Assembly (NCBI GenBank): GCA_964452045.1
Contig: CAYVKM010000009.1
Location: 2,925-66,924 of the forward strand
DNA from: an uncultured Calditrichaceae bacterium
Lineage (GTDB): Bacteria; Calditrichota; Calditrichia; RBG-13-44-9
Direction of reading: 5' to 3'
DNA: 64,000 nucleotides
Shown piece by piece: positions 9,845-19,192 of this stretch. Under the pieces are notes generated by a model, which did no database searches, was not told the DNA's origin, and saw only the letters and a list, made by a program, of their open reading frames with translations. Both the position numbers and the translations under genes were made by a program. Positions within the stretch are counted from its first letter, which is position 1, and each line of letters begins with the position of its first letter.

Positions 9845-11017
9845 TTATTTATCCATTTGAAGCATAATATCGGGGATGACTAGTTCCTTAAGTGTTTCCA
9901 CAAAATAACGATCTGTCATTCCCCCAATAAAATCTCTTACTTTCTCTGCATCACTGTATTTTTCCAGATACAGCTTATTTTTTGTATTTAAGAAATGCTT
10001 GTAGATTTTTGAACCTTTATTATTTTTCTCTATATCTTTCATAAATATTTCAAAGAGAATCCCGAAACCTCTTTTAATTTTTTCGTCTTCTCTTTTTAAC
10101 CCGGAGTTCAAATAAATTTTTTGATAATTAAATTTTTTCAACCTTAGCAGTTCTTCCGAGACTTCTTCGCCAAAAGAGATGAACGGTTTGTCCAGACTAT
10201 TATAAACCACATCTTTTACCAGTGTATCAATAATTTCGCCATTGGTGCTACCCAGGGATTTTCTCAAATCCTCGGGAATATCGGATCTTTTTATCAATCC
10301 TATCCTAATAGCATCCTCAATATCCTGTCCGATATAAGCAATGGTATCGGAAATCCTGACCACACAGCCTTCCATGGTCATGGGCATCATCTCGATATCC
10401 GCACCGGTTTTTCTCATCCGGACATACATCATCAGATCATCATTACTTTTATCCTGGACCGGTTTCAGGACTTGATCATGAACCTCACCATCATGGGAAA
10501 GAATCCCATCTCTCACCTGCAAGGTCAGGTTAAGTCCCTTCCCATCTTTAGCCACGTTATCCACTATATGAAGACTCTGAATATGGTGATGATACTCACC
10601 AATCTTATTTGCCATGCACAATTCACTCAAAAATTTTTCCCCGTCATGACCAAATGGGGCATGACCTAAGTCGTGTGCCAGGGCAATAGCTTCAATTAAG
10701 TCCTCATTTAGTGCCAGAAAATTCCCAATTGTCCGTGCAACCTGAGCGACACTTAAGGTATGAATGCTGCGTGAAGACAGCATTTCATTTAACTGTGAGG
10801 TGAAATAAATTACCTGGGTTTTACCGGAATACCTTCGAAATGCCCCACTGTATAGTATCCTGTCCCGGTCCAGAGAAAATGGACTTCTGGCATCCTTTGC
10901 TTCCGGAGTATTTCTCAGTGCGGCAGCACTTTTTGTAGCATACGGGGATAGATTACCTTCTGTGCGTTTTATTAGTTCTTTTTGTAAGGTTTGAAAGAAT
11001 TGAATTTTCGAAGCCAT
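9845..11017 (-). CDS. HD-domain deoxyguanosinetriphosphate triphosphohydrolase-like protein (short form)
   Basis: RSPFSLDRDRILYS.AFRR..GKTQV, R..H, AHDLGHAPFGH.GE, D.IAY...DIEDA, DFIGGMTD.Y. Confidence 0.88.
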   Translation of the reverse strand: MASKIQFFQTLQKELIKRTEGNLSPYATKSAAALRNTPEAKDARSPFSLDRDRILYSGAFRRYSGKTQVIYFTSQLNEMLSSRSIHTLSVAQVARTIGNFLALNEDLIEAIALAHDLGHAPFGHDGEKFLSELCMANKIGEYHHHIQSLHIVDNVAKDGKGLNLTLQVRDGILSHDGEVHDQVLKPVQDKSNDDLMMYVRMRKTGADIEMMPMTMEGCVVRISDTIAYIGQDIEDAIRIGLIKRSDIPEDLRKSLGSTNGEIIDTLVKDVVYNSLDKPFISFGEEVSEELLRLKKFNYQKIYLNSGLKREDEKIKRGFGILFEIFMKDIEKNNKGSKIYKHFLNTKNKLYLEKYSDAEKVRDFIGGMTDRYFVETLKELVIPDIMLQMDK

Positions 11018-11023
11018 GATACT

Positions 11024-12667
11024 CTAGTTTTTCCAGTGATGTTTTTGGTAAAGTTCCGTATCTACAGATATTTTATCCAATTCCAGACTGGCAATGCCTA
11101 AACGGCTTAACAGGGCACCTTTAATATAATCCTTATAAAAAATAAAGTCACGATAATAAATGACCGGACGGATTGGCGCATCCTGAATAATTAAATGCTC
11201 GGCCCGGGTATACAATTCATTTCTTCGGGAAGAATTCTCTTCAAATTTTGCCAATTCCAGAAGTGAATCGACTTTATTATTGGTATAATTAAACAGATTC
11301 ATGGGGGATTCTGACTTAAATAACAGATCAAAAAAGAATTCGGGATCAGGCAGATCCAGCTGCCAGTCAAAAATAAATATATTGGCATCATTCAGGATTT
11401 TATGACGGGATTGCATGTTCATACCGGACAGAAAAGTTTTATTCAAATTAAAATGTAAAGAATCGGCCAAGTCCTGAAAAGCTTCCGCATAAACTGGATT
11501 GTAGTCCAAAGTATCGGTAATTATCGTTAAAGGAACTATATCGTTTCTTTTTCTGGTTGTATCCAGATAGTTTCTGGCCTTTAATATATCAGTGAAAATA
11601 AGGGTTTCTGCAAGTGAATCTCGGGGAAGCAATACCGGGGAAAAAAATTCTGTCGGTTTGGCATTATGCTCATATTTTCTTAAAATCTTATCCGGATCAA
11701 AACCAAAATAAATTGCCTTCCGTAAAGAATCCGAATCGGTAGGTGATTTTTTACAATTCATTCCTAGAAAAACCATACTAAAAGTTGATGCATTTCTGGA
11801 TTCCAAATGGACCGGATTGGTAAAAAACTCCTCAGTGGGATGAATGGTCAAATCAAATCTTTGGTTCAGATAATTCTCACTTCTTTTATGGGTTCTATCC
11901 CGGATAGCCTTAAATTGAAAATACCTTACTTGGGGATGATATATCTCATTTTTTTGGAATGCCTCTAGGATCATCATCTGTTTATCCTTCTTTACCAAGC
12001 GATAAGGACCATTCCCAACCGGTTGAAGTAACAGTTTTCGGGGATTGGACTTTAAGTATTTTGCTGGGAGTATTCTCATTTGGGGTAAGGAAAGAAGTTT
12101 GGGAAAAGGGACGTATGGTTTGATCAGGGTAATCTGGACAGAAAGATCCGATAATTTTTTAATGCCTTTAATTTCCCCACTCTGTCCCATTAAAAAATCG
12201 TCCACACCTTCAATTATTTTGAAATAAGCAATAGAATAATGGAGTGGATAATGCCTGAAAAAATACTTTACACTCCCGATAAAATCATCTACAGTAATCG
12301 GGGTATTGTCATGAAAATAGAGATTCTTACGGAGGTGAAATGTATAAGTTAACCTGTCCCGGGAAATCTCCCAGTATTCGGCCAGATCGGGTACTTCAAT
12401 CAAATTGGAATTTATTTTAGTAAATCCACGATATAGTTGTTTGATCAGAAAAATATCCTCATCATAAATCACCGAAAATGGATCGAGTCTGGACGGAATT
12501 TCCGAGATATAGAACACCAGGGTATCATCAAATCTTTGCGGAGTCTCCACGATCCGGGAAGTCTTTTGGTCACTATTCAGACGGATTAACTGGTAAGAAA
12601 GCCAGGCTATGGCAAGAAGCAGGAGGATCAAAATATAAAATAGTAAAGATTGCTTTGGTAATTTCAT
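11024..12667 (-). CDS. ABC-type substrate-binding protein, family 5 (peptide/nickel), N-terminally membrane-anchored
   Basis: LDPF, PDLAEYWEISRD.LTYTFHLRKNLYFHD, PVGNGPY, LRKAI, YTNNKVDSLL; ATG 12667 preceded by GGAG. Confidence 0.85.
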   Translation of the reverse strand: MKLPKQSLLFYILILLLLAIAWLSYQLIRLNSDQKTSRIVETPQRFDDTLVFYISEIPSRLDPFSVIYDEDIFLIKQLYRGFTKINSNLIEVPDLAEYWEISRDRLTYTFHLRKNLYFHDNTPITVDDFIGSVKYFFRHYPLHYSIAYFKIIEGVDDFLMGQSGEIKGIKKLSDLSVQITLIKPYVPFPKLLSLPQMRILPAKYLKSNPRKLLLQPVGNGPYRLVKKDKQMMILEAFQKNEIYHPQVRYFQFKAIRDRTHKRSENYLNQRFDLTIHPTEEFFTNPVHLESRNASTFSMVFLGMNCKKSPTDSDSLRKAIYFGFDPDKILRKYEHNAKPTEFFSPVLLPRDSLAETLIFTDILKARNYLDTTRKRNDIVPLTIITDTLDYNPVYAEAFQDLADSLHFNLNKTFLSGMNMQSRHKILNDANIFIFDWQLDLPDPEFFFDLLFKSESPMNLFNYTNNKVDSLLELAKFEENSSRRNELYTRAEHLIIQDAPIRPVIYYRDFIFYKDYIKGALLSRLGIASLELDKISVDTELYQKHHWKN

Positions 12668-12858
12668 GGTCACTCCGGAATTATCAGAATATAACAAACT
12701 GTTTCCAAAGCGACAACCCTTAAAGGATGATTTATGTGTGTGTTTAAATTACCTGAGCGAAATCGAGGAAGCAAAGCTGATATTTAGATGGGAAGGCTTT
12801 TTGGTCGTAAGAATGTTCACTTAAAAGAATATAAATATATTTTCTGTGCCGGTTTTCT

Positions 12859-13239
12859 CTATTGCTCAAGGAAGGTGCCACGGCAGGCATCTTTCTCAAC
12901 CGATTTCACCAAATCGTCAAAATCGCAACTATCTTTTTTAGTCAAATAAGAAATTATCATTGGCAAATTCACGCCGGAAATCACATAATAACCTTTATTT
13001 TCCCGAATCAGCATCCTGGCTACCGTCCAGCAATTTCCACCTCTTAAATCCACCATAAACAAAACATTTTCCGGATTATCCTTTGATTCCAAAAATTCCT
13101 TAATTTCGGCAAAAAGTTGCTCGGTAGTTTTAGTGTGATTTGTAAAACCAAACAATTTCTCATCATGTCCGACTATTGATTTTGCTGTGTTAATAAGTTC
13201 CTGGGCCAGATTCTTATGGGTAAGAATAATTGCAACCAT
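12859..13239 (-). CDS. PTS mannose/fructose-family EIIA component
   Basis: IILTH (phospho-His), VDLRGGN, SGVNLPMII; start at ATG 13239 right after the hprK stop. Confidence 0.85.
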   Translation of the reverse strand: MVAIILTHKNLAQELINTAKSIVGHDEKLFGFTNHTKTTEQLFAEIKEFLESKDNPENVLFMVDLRGGNCWTVARMLIRENKGYYVISGVNLPMIISYLTKKDSCDFDDLVKSVEKDACRGTFLEQ

Positions 13240-13240
13240 G

Positions 13241-14236
13241 TTACTCAAAATCCTTGTCAAGAAAATCACGCATTTTTAATTCCTGTAGATGCTTCCTTTC
13301 CTGTTGCCGCATCTTTTCCATAAGACGCTTATTAAATTCTTTCGGTGTATGATGTCCATAAACCTTTAACAGTTGATTTAATGCGATTGTTTCTGCAATG
13401 ACGGTTACGTTCTTTCCCGGATTTATCGGCAGTACAACCAGGGGTATACTTACTCCCAGAACAGTAGTATTTTGTTCGTCCAGACCAGTACGATCGTAAT
13501 CCACCTTTGGATCAAAATCGACCAATTGCACTTCAACCTCTACCCGTTTATGTACCCGCACCGCTCTGATACCAAAGGTGCTCCGGGTATCGATCAATCC
13601 CAATCCGCGAATTTCCAGATGATGTTCGGCCAGTTCCCGACCTTCGCCCATCAGAATTTCTTCCGCTTTTTTGGTTATGATCACCACATCATCTGCCACT
13701 AACCGATGTCCCCGCTCTACCAAATCGAGGGCAATTTCACTTTTTCCAATCCCACTCCGGCCGGTAAAGAGCACCCCAATTCCATAAACATCCACCAGGG
13801 TGCCATGAACAGTGGTTTTTGGGGCAAATTCATTATTCAAATAATCACTCAGCAGATGGAAAAATTGTGAAGTCGGATATTTTGTCCGGAATACGCAAAT
13901 CTGACTGCGGGTGGCAATGGAAATCAATTCTTTGGGCACCTGATTATTATCAGTAATGATGATACAGGGAATTTCCAAACACAGCACATTTTCTAAGCTT
14001 TCTCTTCTCTTTTTTACGGTTAAATTTTCCAAAAAGCGGATCTCTGTGTTTCCCAAAATTTGAATTCGGTCGTAAGTAAACAAATCGAGAAAACCGGCCA
14101 GGGCCAGTCCCGGACGATGAAGTTCGGGTGTGATAATTGTGCGTTCAAAACCCGCATCCGAATTTAATAGCTGAAGTTTGAGCTTTTTTTGGTTGTCCGA
14201 AAAGAAAGTACCAATAATTAAATGTTTTTTTAACAT
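13241..14236 (-). CDS. hprK: HPr(Ser) kinase/phosphorylase
   Basis: RPGLALAG, HGTLVDVYGIG, Walker A GRSGIGKSE, LVADD, LEIRGLG, PGKN. Confidence 0.96.
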   Translation of the reverse strand: MLKKHLIIGTFFSDNQKKLKLQLLNSDAGFERTIITPELHRPGLALAGFLDLFTYDRIQILGNTEIRFLENLTVKKRRESLENVLCLEIPCIIITDNNQVPKELISIATRSQICVFRTKYPTSQFFHLLSDYLNNEFAPKTTVHGTLVDVYGIGVLFTGRSGIGKSEIALDLVERGHRLVADDVVIITKKAEEILMGEGRELAEHHLEIRGLGLIDTRSTFGIRAVRVHKRVEVEVQLVDFDPKVDYDRTGLDEQNTTVLGVSIPLVVLPINPGKNVTVIAETIALNQLLKVYGHHTPKEFNKRLMEKMRQQERKHLQELKMRDFLDKDFE

Positions 14237-14355
14237 TTTTTACCTTCTTTTAATTTTTATTTTAATCATCGGTTTGTCTTTGTTAAATAAGAACATCATT
14301 ATCGCATCGTTCTAAATTAATTCAAATAGATAAAAGAGTATAACATTTTTTTTAT

Positions 14356-14384
14356 AAAAAAACTCCCGCCAAAATTGACGGGAG
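14356..14384 (-). terminator. Intrinsic terminator after hpf
   Basis: Minus strand CTCCCGTCAA-TT-TTGGCGGGAG followed by a T-run. Confidence 0.75.
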
Positions 14385-14412
14385 CTCATGTACATTCTCT
14401 TGTAAGCACGGA

Positions 14413-14721
14413 CTATTGACTTAAAACCCGCGCTTTTGGTGTTTGTATTTTTTCTTTATACCGTTTTAACTGTCTCTCTGCCCTGTTCAAAGCCAAATCA
14501 AAGGATTTTCTGATCTCGTCCGATACCTCCTTGATTACAATCTGCTTATTATAGACATTTATCCGCAGCTCGGTATAGCGGCTTATTTTTTCCCAACCGA
14601 GCACAATGTCCATATCAAGGATGTTTTCGTAATACCTTTCCAGCTTTTGAGCTTTTTCTTCGACATAGCTCTTCAGATCGTCATTTAACTTAAAATGCCG
14701 GGCAGTGATAGTGCGGTTCAT
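14413..14721 (-). CDS. hpf: Ribosome hibernation promoting factor (short HPF/RaiA)
   Basis: MNRTITARHF.L...LKSYVEEK..KLERY...RQLKRYKEK; ATG 14721 with AGGAGG; ORF-track start 14823 is too far upstream. Confidence 0.88.
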   Translation of the reverse strand: MNRTITARHFKLNDDLKSYVEEKAQKLERYYENILDMDIVLGWEKISRYTELRINVYNKQIVIKEVSDEIRKSFDLALNRAERQLKRYKEKIQTPKARVLSQ

Positions 14722-14743
14722 ATAAAACCTCCTTTTAGGTTTT

Positions 14744-15661
14744 TTATTGTGTATGATGAATATCTCTTTCGGACCGTGGGTGGGTTTTCTTGTAGATAAT
14801 TTTGAGGCGGTCCATGCTGACATGGGTGTAGATTTGAGTCGTCGACAGACTCGAGTGCCCCAGTAACTCTTTCACCGCAAATAAATCTGCACCACGATCT
14901 AAGAGATGGGTAGCAAATGAATGACGAAGAACATGTGGACTCAAATGTTCTTGTTCGGAAACTTTAGCCAGGTAATTTTTTACCATTTTCTGGATGGCAA
15001 GCGGGTAGAGTTTTTTTCCTTTCGGATTAACAAAAACTTTTTCCTTGTCCTCAAAGATTTTTATTTTTTCTCTTTCCTGAAGGTAATTTTTTAAAGCCAA
15101 AACTGCGTGCTTTCCCAGTGGTAAGATCCGTTCCTTATTTCTTTTTCCTTCCACTCTTATATAATTAGCATTCAGGTGAATTTGTTTCATTTTCAGGGAA
15201 ATCATTTCTCCAAGCCGTATTCCGCATCCGTAAAAGAGTTCAAGAATTGCCCGATCCCGCAAACCCTGGAAAGTATCATCCGGGGGTAAATCCATAATTT
15301 TTCTGATCTGAGATTCGTCAATAACTACTGGTAACGGTTTTTCCAATTTCGGAGTTCTGATATTCGAGATTGCTTTATCATCAAAATTAAAAGTGCGTTT
15401 AAGATATTTGAAAAATGATCTGATAGCCGATATTTTGCGAGCGATGCTTCGTTTTGCGAGTCCATTAATGTATAATTCTTCCACGAACCGTCTGATATCA
15501 TCTTTATCGACAGAATTTGGCTCCACTTGATCTGAGTGCGAAGTGGTTTCCAGATATTCGATAAATTGAGATAAATCGATTTTATAGGATCGAACGGTAA
15601 GCACCGAAAAGCGACGTTCGGATTTGAGATAATCCAAAAAGTTATCGAGATAAGTCCACAT
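14744..15661 (-). CDS. xerC: Tyrosine recombinase XerC
   Basis: RDRAILELFY.CGIR..E, SPHVLRHSFATHLL, LLGHSSLSTTQIYTH; ATG overlaps the topA stop (TAATG). Confidence 0.92.
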   Translation of the reverse strand: MWTYLDNFLDYLKSERRFSVLTVRSYKIDLSQFIEYLETTSHSDQVEPNSVDKDDIRRFVEELYINGLAKRSIARKISAIRSFFKYLKRTFNFDDKAISNIRTPKLEKPLPVVIDESQIRKIMDLPPDDTFQGLRDRAILELFYGCGIRLGEMISLKMKQIHLNANYIRVEGKRNKERILPLGKHAVLALKNYLQEREKIKIFEDKEKVFVNPKGKKLYPLAIQKMVKNYLAKVSEQEHLSPHVLRHSFATHLLDRGADLFAVKELLGHSSLSTTQIYTHVSMDRLKIIYKKTHPRSERDIHHTQ

Positions 15662-17931
15662 TAGACGACTTTTTCTTCGACCATTTTAAATTTACATTTT
15701 GGACACTGTTTGTAATGACCTTCCGATCGGTTTATTTTCTCCACCATGATCGGATATGAACAATTGGGACACTGTTCATTAATTGGCCTATCCCACAAAG
15801 CAAATTTACATTTGGGATAATTGCTACAGGAATAGAATATTTTCCCTTTTTTAGATTGCCTTTGAACAACCGTACCATTGCAGTCAGGTTCGGGGCAATT
15901 TACCCCGGTGCTGATCGGTCGGGTATTTTTACACTCCGGATAATTAGAGCATGCCAAGAATTCACCGAATCTTCCCCGTTTGATAACCATTGGAGAACCG
16001 CATTTTTCACAGATCTCTTCGGTGGTTTTTTGTTCAGCCTCCTCTAACGGTTTGGTATTCTTACATTCAGGATACCCGGTACAGGCATAAAACTTTCCGT
16101 TTCTACCCCAGCGAATAACCATGGGCCGGCCACAAACCTCACACTTAACACCAGTCTCTTCCTGTAGTCCCTTCTTTATTTCTTTCTTTCGGTCCTTAAC
16201 ATGTTCCAATGAAGCTTTAAATGGAGCATAAAATTCATTCAGGGTATCAACATATTTTGACTGCTTTTCCTCAATCTTATCCAGATTGGCTTCCATTTCA
16301 GCAGTGAACTTTACATTGAATATATCCGGGAAATAATTGATCAATAAATCGACAACTGTCATACCCAGGTCGGTGGGGATCAGGGCCCGATTATCCCGCT
16401 CAATATATTTGCGCATAAATAACGTGGTGATTATCTGAGCATAAGTACTGGGACGACCTATCCCCAATTTATCGAGCAATTTCACCAAAGAACTTTCTGT
16501 GTATCTGGGTGGCGGTTGAGTAAACCGCTGTTCAACAATTAAATCGTTCAATTTTAATATCTGTCCCTTGGCTAACCCATCAGGAATCTGACCATGTGAT
16601 TTATTATTATTTTCATCACCATTGGCTTCCATAAATTCGTCCGAGTAGGCAACCAGATATCCCGGGAAAGTAATGATCTCGCCCTCCACCCTGAATTCAT
16701 ACTTTCCGGCATTAATGGTAATTACGGTTTTCTCGGCGTTCCCTGGCTTCATCTGACAGGCAATAAATCGTTTCCAGATAATTTCATAAATTTTATACTG
16801 ATCGGCTGAGAGATATTTCTTTAATTTTTTGGGTTCATATTCCTCCGATATATAAGTGGGCCGAATGGCTTCATGCGCATCCTGTGCTCCCTTTTTCTTG
16901 CCAAAGTAATTCGGTTTGGGCGGAAGGTAAGTTGGCCCGTAGGAGGAGGTAATATAATTTCGGGTTTTTCCAATGGCCTCCTGACTTATCCGGGTCGAAT
17001 CTGTTCTCATATATGTTATTAGGCTGGTGTTCCCTTTTTGGCCCAGATCTACTCCTTCATACAACTGCTGGGCAATACTCATAACCCGGGAAGTCGTCAT
17101 CCGGTAATAGCGGGAGGCCACCTGCTGAAGTGTGCTGGTAATAAAAGGTGCAGGCGGTTTTTTCGTGACTGTTTTTTTATCAATGTCCGAAATAACATAT
17201 TTCTCAGCCAACAAATTGCGTCGGTGCTCTTCGGCTTCGGATTCATTCTTGATCCTGTATTTATTCGGATCTAATTGGTTGCCCTCTATTTTATACAGCC
17301 GAGCCTTAAATTGCCTGGCATTTTTCGCTTCCAGAAGTGCATCAATGGCCCAGTACTCCACCGATTCAAAATTCTTGATATCTTTCTCCCGTTCGGAAAG
17401 CAAACGCAGGGCCACGGACTGGACCCGGCCGGCACTCAGCCCCCGGTAAATTGTCTCCCAGAGAAAGGGACTTACCTGATATCCCACAATTCGATCCATC
17501 ACCCGTCTGGCCTGCTGGGCATCTACCCGCGCTTCATCAATCGCCCGAGGATGTTCGATGGCCCGTAAAACCGCTTCCCGGGTGATCTCATTAAATTCAA
17601 TCCGGGTAATATCTTTGGCAGATTTCTCAAGTAATTTGGCTATATGATAAGCTATAGCCTCTCCTTCCCGATCCGGGTCTGTGGCTAACAGGATGTGTTC
17701 CACCTTCTTCGCTTGTTCCCGCAGGTCTTTGATTACTTTATTTTTACCTTTTATCGTTACATAGGAAGGTTCAAAATTCTTTTCAATATCCACACCAAAT
17801 TTTGTTTTGGGCAGGTCAATAACATGCCCGATTGATGCAGCCACTTTATAATCTTTACCCAGAATTTTATTGATGGTTTTCGCCTTGGCAGGAGATTCAA
17901 CTATAACTAACTTTTTCCCTTGTGTCGTCAT
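15661..17931 (-). CDS. topA: DNA topoisomerase I
   Basis: LVIVESPAKAKTI, TDPDREGEAI, SAGRVQS, LITYMRTDS (catalytic Tyr), AQDAHEAIRPT, GIGRPSTYA, C-terminal Cys4 zinc ribbons. Confidence 0.98.
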   Translation of the reverse strand: MTTQGKKLVIVESPAKAKTINKILGKDYKVAASIGHVIDLPKTKFGVDIEKNFEPSYVTIKGKNKVIKDLREQAKKVEHILLATDPDREGEAIAYHIAKLLEKSAKDITRIEFNEITREAVLRAIEHPRAIDEARVDAQQARRVMDRIVGYQVSPFLWETIYRGLSAGRVQSVALRLLSEREKDIKNFESVEYWAIDALLEAKNARQFKARLYKIEGNQLDPNKYRIKNESEAEEHRRNLLAEKYVISDIDKKTVTKKPPAPFITSTLQQVASRYYRMTTSRVMSIAQQLYEGVDLGQKGNTSLITYMRTDSTRISQEAIGKTRNYITSSYGPTYLPPKPNYFGKKKGAQDAHEAIRPTYISEEYEPKKLKKYLSADQYKIYEIIWKRFIACQMKPGNAEKTVITINAGKYEFRVEGEIITFPGYLVAYSDEFMEANGDENNNKSHGQIPDGLAKGQILKLNDLIVEQRFTQPPPRYTESSLVKLLDKLGIGRPSTYAQIITTLFMRKYIERDNRALIPTDLGMTVVDLLINYFPDIFNVKFTAEMEANLDKIEEKQSKYVDTLNEFYAPFKASLEHVKDRKKEIKKGLQEETGVKCEVCGRPMVIRWGRNGKFYACTGYPECKNTKPLEEAEQKTTEEICEKCGSPMVIKRGRFGEFLACSNYPECKNTRPISTGVNCPEPDCNGTVVQRQSKKGKIFYSCSNYPKCKFALWDRPINEQCPNCSYPIMVEKINRSEGHYKQCPKCKFKMVEEKVV

Positions 17932-18098
17932 GAATACCTTAATAATTAGTGCAAATTCATTTTTGTTCCATGCTGATTTCTTCGAGATTTACTTTGATAT
18001 CTCAAATCAACAATTAATTAACTTTGATTAAAGTAAATTTTTTAAAGAAAGTTTCTGAGTCATTTAAATATGATTTTTCACCCGAGATTCTACTCATA

Positions 18099-18126
18099 AA
18101 TATAAAGATTTCCAGATATAAGTCAA
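18099..18126 (-). promoter_or_regulatory. Putative sigma70-type promoter for the topA operon
   Basis: Minus strand TTGACT-N16-TATATT. Confidence 0.4.
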
Positions 18127-18158
18127 CTGCTTTTTGCGGATTCTGATAGAATAACTTG

Positions 18159-18221
18159 AAAATCTTACTGAATCTTCATTTCACAAAGATTATGATTAGC
18201 CATTCGATAAAATCTTACTGA
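18159..18221. repeat. 13-bp exact direct repeat AAAATCTTACTGA, 50-bp period
   Basis: Copies at 18159-18171 and 18209-18221, upstream of the DUF362 operon. Confidence 0.7.
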
Positions 18222-18276
18222 TTTTAATATAATTTTATTTTTTCATAAGTTTTCATATTTTATATTCAAAAAACTG

Positions 18277-19188
18277 ATGGGTAAAGCTATGATTCGAAGA
18301 GATTTTATTAAAACTGCGGTAGCAATGGGGACGGTCTCCCTGGTATTTGGGGATCCTCTGAAAATATTGAGTTCTCCCAGCCCGGTACCGGAAGTTATCC
18401 GGGTAAGCGGAGGTGAACCACCCGATCTTCTGGAGAAAGCACTTCAGAGATTTGGCGGATTAAATAAATTTATCTCCAAAGGCGATATTGTGGTAATCAA
18501 ACCAAATATAGGCTGGGACCGGGCGCCGCAATTTGCCGCAAATACCAATCCGGACTTGATCGCCGCACTTATCAAAAGTTGTTTTGATGTCGGTGCTGCC
18601 AAAGTAAAAATATTTGACCGTACCTGCAATAATCCCCAGCGCTGTTACCGCAACAGCGAGATAGAAAAGACGGCCCGGGATCTGGGTGCAGAAGTTGAGC
18701 AAATCAGATCACAGAAATTTAAAAATATTTCCCTCCCGGAAGGGGAAATACTGAAGGAGTGGCCAATCTATCAGGATTATCTGGAGGCAGATAAGGTGAT
18801 AAATGTGCCCATTGCTAAACATCATTCTATGGCCAGAATGACCGGTGGACTTAAGAATTTGATGGGAGTCATGGGTGGTAACCGGGGAGAAATCCATAAT
18901 AAATTCTCTATCAAAATTAATGATATAAATGCCCGAATATTACCGACTTTGACCATCATAGATGGATATCGCATTCTCCTGCGTAACGGGCCAAGCGGTG
19001 GTAATGTCAATGATGTTAAATTGGCCAAAACTTTAATCATGAGCCCATGCACTGTATCTGCCGATTTACAGGCGCTCCAATTATTTAATTTAACGACTAA
19101 TGAGGTATCCTATCTTCAGGAAGCCCTGCGCCGTGGCCTGAATAAATATGATCCGGCAAATCTTAATGTTTTAAAGATCGAAGCTTGA
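18277..19188 (+). CDS. DUF362 family protein with Tat signal peptide
   Basis: IRRDFIK twin-arginine motif; VVIKPNIGW, NTNP, INVPIAKHH, LKNLMG, DG.RIL..NGP.GG. Confidence 0.9.
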   Translation: MGKAMIRRDFIKTAVAMGTVSLVFGDPLKILSSPSPVPEVIRVSGGEPPDLLEKALQRFGGLNKFISKGDIVVIKPNIGWDRAPQFAANTNPDLIAALIKSCFDVGAAKVKIFDRTCNNPQRCYRNSEIEKTARDLGAEVEQIRSQKFKNISLPEGEILKEWPIYQDYLEADKVINVPIAKHHSMARMTGGLKNLMGVMGGNRGEIHNKFSIKINDINARILPTLTIIDGYRILLRNGPSGGNVNDVKLAKTLIMSPCTVSADLQALQLFNLTTNEVSYLQEALRRGLNKYDPANLNVLKIEA

Positions 19189-19192
19189 CGAG

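Noticed and set aside
9845-11017. Antiphage dGTPase
   Set aside because: Resembles the common short housekeeping Dgt-like family, with no defence-island neighbours.
14744-15661. Tyrosine recombinase as a sign of an integrated mobile element
   Set aside because: Canonical XerC coupled to topA in a housekeeping operon; no att sites or cargo seen.
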